A DNA stretch of 60,693 bases, filler included, from Globobulimina sp. (taxonomy: Eukaryota), in NCBI GenBank assembly GCA_003354225.1. It is 18 parts of 18 records of this genome, joined end to end, with 100 filler letters (N's around TTAATTAATTAA, not from the genome) between each part and the next. Parts side by side here need not be neighbours in the genome. Positions count along the whole stretch, not along the records: positions 33,785 to 37,061 come from PIVH01003226.1; positions 37,162 to 40,438 come from PIVH01003227.1; positions 40,539 to 43,814 come from PIVH01003228.1; 15 more parts are not named here. One strand, written 5' to 3'. The notes below the pieces were generated by a model. The model made no database searches. It was not told where the DNA came from and worked only from the letters and a program-made list of their open reading frames with translations. How positions within the stretch are numbered: the stretch's first letter is position 1; every line of letters begins with the position of its first letter. Both the position numbers and the translations under genes were made by a program. This document shows positions 33,990 through 43,914 of the stretch, in pieces.

Positions 33990-34703
33990 TTACCTCAAAG
34001 CAGCTAAGATATCATCAGCAAATGTATCATTTTTGTTATGTTGCTGCCCAGTGATAATATTTCTGAATTGCATTAGTTTCGATATGTTGAGATATAAAAT
34101 AGCTCCATCCCATAATGTATAACATATCGTAAATACAATATTAAATATCCATGAAATTGATGTGTGAGACAAATAGCAGCCATATTGATTATAATGTATT
34201 ATTTTTGATTCATACAAAAAACAGACCCATAAAATTATTATGACGACTGCGAAAATATAAAATAATGTGAAGGTAAATTCTGAAATGTGTAAATTTCGAA
34301 ATGCATTTAATTGTGGATTATTTGATAATAATCCTTGAATTCGACTTAATTGAAATAAACCAAAAAATAAATTTTTTGTAAACCACACAAAAAAGGCTAA
34401 GTGCGTTGTGTATCGACATATGTTAAGGAATGGTGACGGTATTTTATATAATATACACAACAATTCTGTGAATAATGAGGATAAAATTGTTAACATTGAG
34501 TACAATAATCTCCATCTTCTTGCTTTTTTAATTTCATTTGAAAGCGTTTTGCGATTTTTTAACTCATAATAAAATATTAATAGACACAATATAAAAAACA
34601 CGGATGAGCCAACTATAAACGTTATCTGTCCATTATACAAAAACTTCTCGAATGAATCATTTGGAATATCACTTGTTAGCTCTTTATCAAATAAAGATCC
34701 CAT
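33990..34703 (-). CDS. Orphan multi-TM (GPCR-like) protein, 3' end unresolved
   Basis: At least 5 hydrophobic segments with a GC motif in a loop; similar in plan to 37816-38880. Confidence 0.55.
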   Translation of the reverse strand: MGSLFDKELTSDIPNDSFEKFLYNGQITFIVGSSVFFILCLLIFYYELKNRKTLSNEIKKARRWRLLYSMLTILSSLFTELLCILYKIPSPFLNICRYTTHLAFFVWFTKNLFFGLFQLSRIQGLLSNNPQLNAFRNLHISEFTFTLFYIFAVVIIILWVCFLYESKIIHYNQYGCYLSHTSISWIFNIVFTICYTLWDGAILYLNISKLMQFRNIITGQQHNKNDTFADDILAALR

Positions 34704-34822
34704 TACAAATCGCAAAAGTAGATGAAAGTTTTCTAGCACTACACTTATTTCAGAAATTCAAGACTGTGTACAAGGATAATTTATTATTTATTTATATATA
34801 CAGTATAAAGTATACAGATACG

Positions 34823-35662
34823 TCATTGTAAAAAGTATCCAAGTGCATTATAAAAAGGCGAGTTCATTCCCCATGGATCCATTAAAGACCACACAGCAAT
34901 ATCTTGGATGCCTTGATCCTTTACATATTGCATCATTTGATTTGAAGCTAAATTATTTGGACCTTGCGCATTGGAGAAACCAGTGGCTGCTTTCCCTCCG
35001 AAATTCTGCACCGATGTTGTTACATATCGTTCAAAGCTCGCTTGATTTGAAGTATACGTATCCATCGTATATAAATCCTTAAATGAACTGGATTTCAATT
35101 CGTTGCAAGTGGCGCCCATATAGCGAGGCGGACATGTTCCAACAACATCTGCCGATAATGTCATCCCATGAGTTTGTAGTGCCGCAGCAAAGGATTTGGC
35201 AAATGATATATATTCTTGTCCTACACTCGATGATGCTGTCACCTCCCAATCTAAATTATAGCCTTTATATTTCATAGCAACCGCTTTATTAACTGCTGCA
35301 GTAATAAATGCCTGCTGTTTTGCGCTACTTTGTAACATGGTTTCTGCCGATTTGGTTGATGCACAATCAATTAATGGCAATATTTGTACACCCGCTGCTA
35401 ATAATGGCGCTGACCATTCTTCCATAACTAAACCTGTTCGAACTGTACCTGATGATTGATATCCAAAGGTTCCATCCGTTTCTAATCGATAGCTGCACAT
35501 TGAGATATATGTGATATTTGCTTTGTGAGCAATTATCTCATTCACTAATGATGTCCACTTTTGGGTGTCATTGTCATGTCTCCAGGTCCAGATAAGTGTG
35601 CTTCTGCTCCATGCTGTATAAATATTACAACATAATAACAAATAGACCAACAAGGAAGCCAT
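34823..35662 (-). CDS. Secreted GH18 (chitinase/chitobiase-like) glycoside hydrolase
   Basis: Signal peptide, AFITAAV..YKGYNLDWE catalytic-type motif, MDTY and a terminal IAVWS. Confidence 0.75.
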   Translation of the reverse strand: MASLLVYLLLCCNIYTAWSRSTLIWTWRHDNDTQKWTSLVNEIIAHKANITYISMCSYRLETDGTFGYQSSGTVRTGLVMEEWSAPLLAAGVQILPLIDCASTKSAETMLQSSAKQQAFITAAVNKAVAMKYKGYNLDWEVTASSSVGQEYISFAKSFAAALQTHGMTLSADVVGTCPPRYMGATCNELKSSSFKDLYTMDTYTSNQASFERYVTTSVQNFGGKAATGFSNAQGPNNLASNQMMQYVKDQGIQDIAVWSLMDPWGMNSPFYNALGYFLQ

Positions 35663-35881
35663 TGGATTCGAATTCGTTTTTCAGATTGTTGAATGTAAAG
35701 TTGTCAAAAACTGCCTTTAAAAATTTAAAAACGGAAAACTGTCACTAATAATAGCCACCAATAATAGCATTACTAATAATAGCCACCAATCATTTGATTC
35801 TATTTGAAAGAGCAGCTGCATTCATTCACGAATATACAACTAAAAAACTCTAGCACTCTTTTTTTTAATTTGCTTCTTGCA

Positions 35882-36944
35882 ATGGCTGCCTTTCTCTTCA
35901 TACTCCTTTTATTGGACACTGCCTATCGATCAAATGCACAAATATCACAATGTGACACAGTTTATACAATTGGTGCTGATGAACTCTGTAGGTTGTCATT
36001 AAGCAGTTTCACAGAAGATTGTGTCACTTTCAACGAGACCCACAATATTGTAGCCACAAATGGTTTAGCTTTGGACCCAATCACTGGAAACATGTACATT
36101 ATTGCCAGCATCGGCGCTAAAAATGGAGATCGTAAATTGTTACACCTCGACCCAACAACAAATAGTTTAACAACTATTGCAATATACACCAATGACAATC
36201 ATAAAATGGTAGGTCTAACCGCAACATGTTCAGGTAATCAATATCTTCCTTCATCTCACTGGCAAACACACCGCAGAAACGAAATTAAACATTTTATATT
36301 ATCTTTAAATAGGCCAATTATTTGGTATCACGGGAGGCCAATCGGACCATAGCTTATTTGAGGTGGATATATCTGATGGCTCGTTATCATTTGTTGCAGA
36401 TTTGGATGCATCGTCAAGAGGTAATGGCATAGCGTATGATCCGATGGATGATCATCTTTATCGTATTGGAGGCAGTGATACATTGGATATCGAACAAATC
36501 GATTTCTTTGGAAATATAACTTCGGATTATTTTGTGAATGAGATTGATATTGTTCGAACCATTGGATATTATAAAGAAGATTATTTATTTATTATTGATG
36601 GCGATGAAGTATTATATGAATTGGACACATTAAGTGGGAATGTCACCCATTTGGCTGATTTGAATAATGTACGAAGGCATAAAGGAATTCTATGTGTGGA
36701 TTATGACGCATTTTGTATTGAAACGACAACATTTATTCCTGATACAACTGTTATAGAAGCAAATCAATCGAATACAGTTTGTAGCAACGATACATATGAA
36801 TGTAGTGATGTGGATGGAACTGTTGTGCTTAGATCTGGTGATAACTGTGAATTCGAGCCATGTCCTTCAGCAGATATTGTAAATAAAATACGTTTATTGA
36901 CAAACATGCTTTTTGTTGCATGTTTATATGCCATTTCATTTTAA
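35882..36944 (+). CDS. Secreted beta-propeller-like surface protein with a C-terminal Cys motif and hydrophobic (GPI-like) tail; intron 36234-36312
   Basis: Signal peptide, GLALDP and GIAYDP blade repeats, CSNDTYECSD.DG..V.R.G.NCEFEPCP and a hydrophobic C-terminus. Confidence 0.7.
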
Positions 36945-37161
36945 ATGAATCGCGTTTTCTTTTACGTTTTTAGTTGATTTTTGTAATTACTTTCTTGGCA
37001 TTGTTTGTTGTATTTAATTTTTTGGTTTTGACTATTTTTTTTATATACCTTTGTGAATAGCNNNNNNNNNNNNNNNNNNNNNNNNNNNNNNNNNNNNNNN
37101 NNNNNTTAATTAATTAANNNNNNNNNNNNNNNNNNNNNNNNNNNNNNNNNNNNNNNNNNNN

Positions 37162-37480
37162 ACAATGGCGATGGTTCGTGTCAAAACCAGAAGATATTTT
37201 CGGCGAATGTTATGCTGACACAGATACAATGTCTGTTTTATGTATTCCGTGTGGAGTGCAATGGAAATGTGAAATATGTGAATTACAAGCTTTAGAATGG
37301 ACGCACGATTCCGAATTTACACCGGGCGGTTGTTCTCTATGTACAAAAATCATTTGTGACGACTGTTCTATTTATGATAAAGGTTCGAATTCTACACTTT
37401 GTTACAGTTGTTATGAAAAACAGAGTTCGAGCGACGATGAGAATTATGATATTAGTAAATGGCACTTTCAATTCGATTAA
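37162..37480 (+). CDS. Cys-rich (zinc-finger-like) C-terminal fragment
   Basis: Five CxxC pairs in about 100 aa at the contig start. Confidence 0.5.
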
Positions 37481-37815
37481 AATTTTGTAGACTAGTTATA
37501 ATTATTTGTATATTAATTATAATTATTGTGCTTATTTTTGTATACTAAATCTCAAATTTGGCGAATGGCGCAAATTTTTATTTTTTATTTAATTTTGTTC
37601 ACGTTCTGACGCCCAATGTTTAATTACAATAATTGTACTTATTGCATTTTCAGATTTTATTCCCAAAATAACTTAAATATATAAGTCAAATATATTAAGT
37701 CACATTTAGAGCGTGCTAGTAGTTGAGTAGTTGCGTATTGAACATAGATAAAAATGCCTAATGTTTGATAAATAAATTAAATTGTTTTTTGAAGTTTTTT
37801 TTTTATAATTTAGTA

Positions 37816-38880
37816 ATGTCACTTTCAATCACATACAGAGGTCCACAATGGGTGATGCCTCAGCTAACACTCGGTGCAATGGAATGTATTGTATGTTGCT
37901 GCAGTTTAGCTTATTCACTCTATGTCTATAAAACATATCGTAATGTTGTCAAAAAAAGCACAACGGCGTTATCAAATTCATTAAAGTTTCTGAATTTATT
38001 TGGCATCGTATCATTTTTATTTAGTGCTATTTCACATTGCATCAACATATATGTTTGGAATACATTTTATTGGCAATATTCAAACGTACAGACTTTAACC
38101 TTTTATCTTACGTATTTATGTTGGAGTTTTGGTCAATTTACATCGTATTTATTATTTGTCAACAGAATCAACGTAACATTCAAGCATTCAATCTACGAAC
38201 CAACTAAGCTCACCACCTTTTTTTTATATGCATTGGCGATTTCATTTATATTAACCTGGACCGCAGCAAATATTGTGCCAGTTTTCACAGAAAACATTGA
38301 TCGAAACTATTTGATAGAATTCTATATATCGATACCCATCATTGTCGAAGACATATTACTCACAATATCAATGACGTATATATTTACATCCAGGTTATAT
38401 GCGGTAATATTGGCACAAACAAGAAATGAATACAGGGAATATGTGAATACGTATGAAAATAAGCAAACGCCATTGATACTAAGTGCCAGTTTAGTAAATA
38501 GGCAAATGGCAATGATTAAGCTCTCAGTCAAAATAACTATACTCACTGTAACCTCGTTAGTTTCATCATTGATATTGATCACATTCCGTTCGATATCTTA
38601 TTGGCATAAATGGGGAACTCCATTGGATAAATTCCATACAATTTGGTTGCAAATGGACACCATGATAAGTTGCTTATGTTTGCTGTTATTTTTACCAAAA
38701 ACGCAAAAATGTTTTGATGTATTTTGCTGTTGCTGTACTGTCATTGTCTCAAAGCTCATGAAACGGTCATTACATAAACAAACGTTATTGGATTCACTGC
38801 GGAAAACAATATCAATCAATTCGACAGAATTAACTCACTCCTCACATATATTAACTCACGAACATTCAATTCAAAAGTAG
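37816..38880 (+). CDS. Orphan 7TM (GPCR-like) protein
   Basis: Seven hydrophobic segments followed by a CCCC palmitoylation-like motif in the tail. Confidence 0.7.
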   Translation: MSLSITYRGPQWVMPQLTLGAMECIVCCCSLAYSLYVYKTYRNVVKKSTTALSNSLKFLNLFGIVSFLFSAISHCINIYVWNTFYWQYSNVQTLTFYLTYLCWSFGQFTSYLLFVNRINVTFKHSIYEPTKLTTFFLYALAISFILTWTAANIVPVFTENIDRNYLIEFYISIPIIVEDILLTISMTYIFTSRLYAVILAQTRNEYREYVNTYENKQTPLILSASLVNRQMAMIKLSVKITILTVTSLVSSLILITFRSISYWHKWGTPLDKFHTIWLQMDTMISCLCLLLFLPKTQKCFDVFCCCCTVIVSKLMKRSLHKQTLLDSLRKTISINSTELTHSSHILTHEHSIQK

Positions 38881-39105
38881 TTGTTTGACGATTTTTTGTC
38901 ATAACATGTGCATAATGTAATATATATTAACTTTTACTTTTTTGCTATGGCTTTTTTTACTTGTCATGACGTTTTTTTTTTCTAAGAACCAACATTTTAC
39001 TTTGAAAACAGTGGTAACTGTTTGGTGTTTGGCAAACCAACACAAAATATTATGCATAATTATGTGACTTTGTTAATTCATAGGATTTCATTTGTTAATT
39101 TGCAC

Positions 39106-40293
39106 TCAGTAAAAAGCATGCTCAATAAATTTCATATTTGCATAACTTCGTTGCTTGATTGAATGTTTGTTTTGTACACATTTCAACAAAACATTATCCA
39201 TATCATCATTTGTTTGAATCCATTTCAAAAAAACATCTGCAAACGATGGCAAACATTCTATTATTCTCTTTTGTTGACATTTCGCAGTATAATTTCCTTT
39301 ATTACTCTCAATCAACTGTCTCAAAAATGATTCAAACCGTTTTGTCCTCCAATGGTAATTAGCCGACGTTATATGTTGAATAAAAGAGAAATCCCTATAA
39401 AACCAATCAATATTTACCTCCGTAAACGCCGGTAATAAGCGAATATATTTCCAATATTTTGCCGTCACAAAACAATTTAATGCGCCTTGTTCTCGCGGGA
39501 ACTCTCTGATCATTCTAGTTGGTATTTTATTGATCGATGCCGCCCATTCCTCCATAATCAACAATGAAATATTGCTTTTCCTCAGAAATAACACGCCCGC
39601 ATTGCCATACGTATTGCAGTCATATTTATAATTTACCACTGATTTCATCGCATTTTGTAAGCGCGGCAGCTCGCGTCCAATGAATCGCGGCGTATCATTT
39701 GTTAATAAAAAATGGATATCATCCATATTATTTATGTAATGTGAATATTTGGATTGGATGTAATTTAACCAGTCATTCAAAGACGTGTTGAATTTAATTA
39801 TATGACTATCTGCATCTAAATATAACAGCCATTTGTATTTGATGTCATTGTAATACTTGAGATAATATGTTAATATTTCAAGCTTGCACCATTCCATTGG
39901 TACCATTTCTTGTTTTTGTTTGTAATGCATTGGATTGCATGTAAATTTTGAATCGTTTGTGGAAGGATCAATGAGTAATAAAGTGTAATTTTGATGATTT
40001 GAATATAAAAAATTAATACAGAATGAATAATAAAAATATGAGGTTTTCAAATATGATATGTTTATGTTATGATGGCTCATTTTGTCTAATAACGTGTATC
40101 TGTTATCAATCATTATGATTAAGAGATCAATCACTTTGTTCGTATTTGTATTCATATTATTCACACCAAAATACATTTTCATGTTACTGTCGTCCTGGTC
40201 GTTAGCAATGTGGATGCTAATATTGTATAATACTGTCACGTAGCAAAACATAACAATTATCATGACAAAAATAATATATTTTGACGCTTTCAT
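39106..40293 (-). CDS. Type II membrane glycosyltransferase, GT34 (MNN10/GMA12)-like
   Basis: N-terminal anchor; WCK, WLLYLDADS (DxD), NAGVLFLR, EQGAL and FIQH motifs. Confidence 0.8.
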   Translation of the reverse strand: MKASKYIIFVMIIVMFCYVTVLYNISIHIANDQDDSNMKMYFGVNNMNTNTNKVIDLLIIMIDNRYTLLDKMSHHNINISYLKTSYFYYSFCINFLYSNHQNYTLLLIDPSTNDSKFTCNPMHYKQKQEMVPMEWCKLEILTYYLKYYNDIKYKWLLYLDADSHIIKFNTSLNDWLNYIQSKYSHYINNMDDIHFLLTNDTPRFIGRELPRLQNAMKSVVNYKYDCNTYGNAGVLFLRKSNISLLIMEEWAASINKIPTRMIREFPREQGALNCFVTAKYWKYIRLLPAFTEVNIDWFYRDFSFIQHITSANYHWRTKRFESFLRQLIESNKGNYTAKCQQKRIIECLPSFADVFLKWIQTNDDMDNVLLKCVQNKHSIKQRSYANMKFIEHAFY

Positions 40294-40538
40294 GGTTTGA
40301 GTTCAGTGAGTTGGTTAAACATTTAATTTGCGAAAAGTGAGAAACGGAGTGACTTTTGGTTTGTGCAAACTACTGGTTATGTGTATATGATATAATACGA
40401 TTCGTTGTAGAAATAATAGTAAAGCGTAATATTTTATTNNNNNNNNNNNNNNNNNNNNNNNNNNNNNNNNNNNNNNNNNNNNTTAATTAATTAANNNNNN
40501 NNNNNNNNNNNNNNNNNNNNNNNNNNNNNNNNNNNNNN

Positions 40539-41107
40539 ATGTCTGGTGTCTGGCCATCAATGCCTGCGATTTCTAATGTTTTTGCATTTGCCAACGCCAT
40601 GTGTCCGTCCATTCGATTCAACCAAATGGGATTATCAGATGGCGGCAACCAACTTTTGTGTGGCAGTGTTCCGCCAAAATTATAATGATCCCAATCCCCA
40701 CCGAGTATCCATTTTCTTTTTGGTTGTGTTTTACAAAAATCTGAAACCCGTTTGGCAAATTCTGATTTTTTAGTTACATCTCGCAACTCGACACTTAATA
40801 ATCTCAGGCCGCCATCTAAAAAATGTAAATGAGAATCTGTAAAACCAGGAACCACCAACTTTCCGCTTGCATCTATAACTCGAGTGTTAGCATCACATTT
40901 TTCCAGTATTTCTTTAGAATTATTCACTTCTGAAATGAGATCGTTTTTTATTCCAATTGCATTCGTATTACTGTTGCTTTTATTGTTTACAAAATGCGGA
41001 CTCCAAATATGAGCATTAATTATTGCAACATTGAAGTTTTGTGATATTGCGGTTGAACTGAATCTTCTCAAAATGGATACAAATCGTCTTTCATTGCTTA
41101 AAAACAT
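40539..41107 (-). CDS. Second amidohydrolase family 3 (YtcJ/LAF3-like), 3'-partial, with a mitochondrial-type presequence
   Basis: VVPGFTDSHLH, WILGGDWD and RMDGHMALAN motifs; starts MFLSNERRFVSILRRFSST. Confidence 0.88.
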
Positions 41108-41245
41108 CAAGAATTACAATATCGATCTGCTGAACAATGCACCGCTGCAACCATTTTCAAACCATTGTCTTTTAGGAATGAACAAAGTTTTCCAGTCAGT
41201 TGAAAATATGTCATTTTAATTTAAAAGCAGTCAATCAACAAACAA

Positions 41246-42640
41246 TTAACAATACATTGAATTCGCATTTCTTAATCTTTGAATCTCTTCATTTAAATAT
41301 GTTTCTATCGTTTCAATTGTAAAACATTCACTATTTCCATTTGAATTACATTCCATTTCCATAGCTTGGACACTTTCATATTGTTGACTTAAAACATTGT
41401 TTAATCTCTTTCCATTTTCGCACAAAGCAAATCGTAAATCATTTTCCAATTCGATATCACTAAAATTACTCACTGAATTCTGTATTGCTATGGATATTCT
41501 CCGCAACTCATCAATTGCAACAACAATAACTTTGTCACTTTCATCCAATGGTTGGACTGCCATAATTATTGCAATCGTAAATAGATTAAAATCATTTGCT
41601 TGCAATGAAGAAATATAATATGACTTTGCAGATTTTAATTGTAAGCCATCAGCACCAAATCTCAAATTAGATGTTAAATGTGAAGGGAATAAATGTAACA
41701 AATTTCGCTTTTTCTCATAATTTATTTCATTAATATTAATATACAAATCGTTATCTGTAAACTGATACAAATTATTGTTTAAAAGGAAGCCGTATTGAGA
41801 CAATAACATAGCATTCGAATTTGGTCCGTAATTTAAAAATAATTGTTTGTTTTTGCTGATGTATTTAACCACATTTATTTGTATCAGGTTTTGTGTCGAA
41901 TTATAATGAAATATAACATTTTCAAGCAATGGATTATGATTTATTTGGTCAATAACGGGAATAAACATATTTTTATTATTATCTTTTGTTGCTTTGTATG
42001 AATACAATGTATATATTCTCGACGAGACCATTGAATAAATGGATAATAATTCATTCATAAACGGATTTAATTTATTTCGTAAATCAAATGTGTTTAAAAA
42101 TTCATTTAAAATTTTAATTTGTTGCGTTAATAATCTATGTACGGATGTATGTTGTATTAGTTTTATTAAATCTGGCCTCCAAAACAAAGGTATATTTGGT
42201 GGCTTATCTGGTAATGTTCGCAAAAACGGTTGAAATGGGTTTGGTAACTTTGATTTTTGTAATTGTAACAAATACATTGCCATTCCGAATGCGGTGAATG
42301 TATCATTCTCAAATATGTTTTCATAAATAAATGGTGCAATATGCAAATGGTTGTCTTTGTTATTAATAATCTGATTTTCTTTTATTGTCTGTTCAAACAA
42401 ACAGCATTTAATTGGTATTTGAATCACAGTGCTTCCGGATTCGATATCTTGTGTCGCAAAAAAACCAGAACCCATTACAGAGTTTAGATTCCTTAATTCA
42501 ATGTTGTTGGAAATGTAGATTCCGTCACACCATAATTTTAATTCTTGTAATTTATCATTTATGCCATGCTCACCACATATGGTGTAAAAATATAATATAA
42601 TATTGAAAATGAAGTATGTTGATCTGCTCAAAAGTGACAT
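41246..42640 (-). CDS. SET-domain methyltransferase (SETD3/Rubisco-LSMT class)
   Basis: G.GFFATQDI, PFLRTLP, VSSR, IPVIDQINH, FLNYG..SNA.LLSQYGF. Confidence 0.85.
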   Translation of the reverse strand: MSLLSRSTYFIFNIILYFYTICGEHGINDKLQELKLWCDGIYISNNIELRNLNSVMGSGFFATQDIESGSTVIQIPIKCCLFEQTIKENQIINNKDNHLHIAPFIYENIFENDTFTAFGMAMYLLQLQKSKLPNPFQPFLRTLPDKPPNIPLFWRPDLIKLIQHTSVHRLLTQQIKILNEFLNTFDLRNKLNPFMNELLSIYSMVSSRIYTLYSYKATKDNNKNMFIPVIDQINHNPLLENVIFHYNSTQNLIQINVVKYISKNKQLFLNYGPNSNAMLLSQYGFLLNNNLYQFTDNDLYININEINYEKKRNLLHLFPSHLTSNLRFGADGLQLKSAKSYYISSLQANDFNLFTIAIIMAVQPLDESDKVIVVAIDELRRISIAIQNSVSNFSDIELENDLRFALCENGKRLNNVLSQQYESVQAMEMECNSNGNSECFTIETIETYLNEEIQRLRNANSMYC

Positions 42641-42688
42641 GCTTGATTTTCCTTTGCAAAAAAAAACTTTACTTCACTTTTATTTTAA

Positions 42689-43814
42689 TTAAGAGTTTAT
42701 TAAAATGTCTAAAATATCGCATTCTTGCTGCAATGTGTTATCTTTCAATATCTCCATTTCTGACAAAATATGCTGTTTAAAATATTGAAATAATACTTTG
42801 TATTTCTTTGATACATACAACCTTGTGCCATACGGATTGTTTGCGGAATCTTCGCCAATCCATTGTTTAATTAATGTTACATATCGACTCAATAATATTC
42901 CTTTGTGAATCCCCGAATTATCGTAATATGATAATACGCCTTCAATATCATCATTATTCTCTCCCTTTTCATCCCCTTCGACATCAACTAATTTTTGTTT
43001 GTTGTCATCTCCATTATTCTCATTATTTGCATCCAACACAATAAATTGATTATTTTTATAACAATTTCCATCTCTGTCTTCGTACTCAACTGACATTTCA
43101 ACATTGACTGCCTTTTCATTTTTATTATTCTTACAATGATTGTTTGGTAAATTTAGTTTAATTAAAATTATCCCTCCTTTTGTACCGCCTTTTCCTTTGT
43201 TCTTTTTTGAAGGGAATAAAGTTTTCACATTTTGGATTTGTCCATCACCAATCATCGAATCTAACTCATTCTCATTGCATCCATAAACATTGCCAATTGA
43301 ACAGGAGTTCCCCTCTGATTTTAAGCTTAAACGCAAATTAAAAACCAACGGAGTTACCATATATTCAAACTCTTCATCCATTTTTAATTTAAATTCAACA
43401 TTTGAATGAACAGAATAATAATTTGAGCCACGGACATTGCCAATTTCTTCAATTAATCCATTGTTAAAATCCAAACCTACGCCAATGAATGTGGTATAAA
43501 TTCTGTTTCCATTCAAATAACTTTTATCCTCCGCACATTTCCCGACTAAATTCAATAAACTTTCTGAGTCTGTCGCGCCAGAATTGGGACAAGCATCCTT
43601 TTACATATTTTTATAATATTCCCGCATCCGATTAATATGGAGAAAGAATAAAAGACATACCGTCAGAAAAATGATTCTGTTTTCGTATGCTGTTAAATTG
43701 CTTGTTGATGAAAATAAGGTTTGATAGCATTGCAATGCTTTTTTAAATCCAATTTCAAAGTTGGTACCGTTATCGGCTTTGATTGCCATTATTATATCTT
43801 TCAATTCCTCCATT
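42689..43814 (-). CDS. vWA-domain protein, 5'-partial; intron 43598-43660
   Basis: GTNFE.G, ENRIIFLT|DACPN, TTFIGVGLDFN and EFEYMVTPLVFNL motifs. Confidence 0.8.
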
Positions 43815-43914
43815 NNNNNNNNNNNNNNNNNNNNNNNNNNNNNNNNNNNNNNNNNNNNTTAATTAATTAANNNNNNNNNNNNNNNNNNNNNNNNNNNNNN
43901 NNNNNNNNNNNNNN

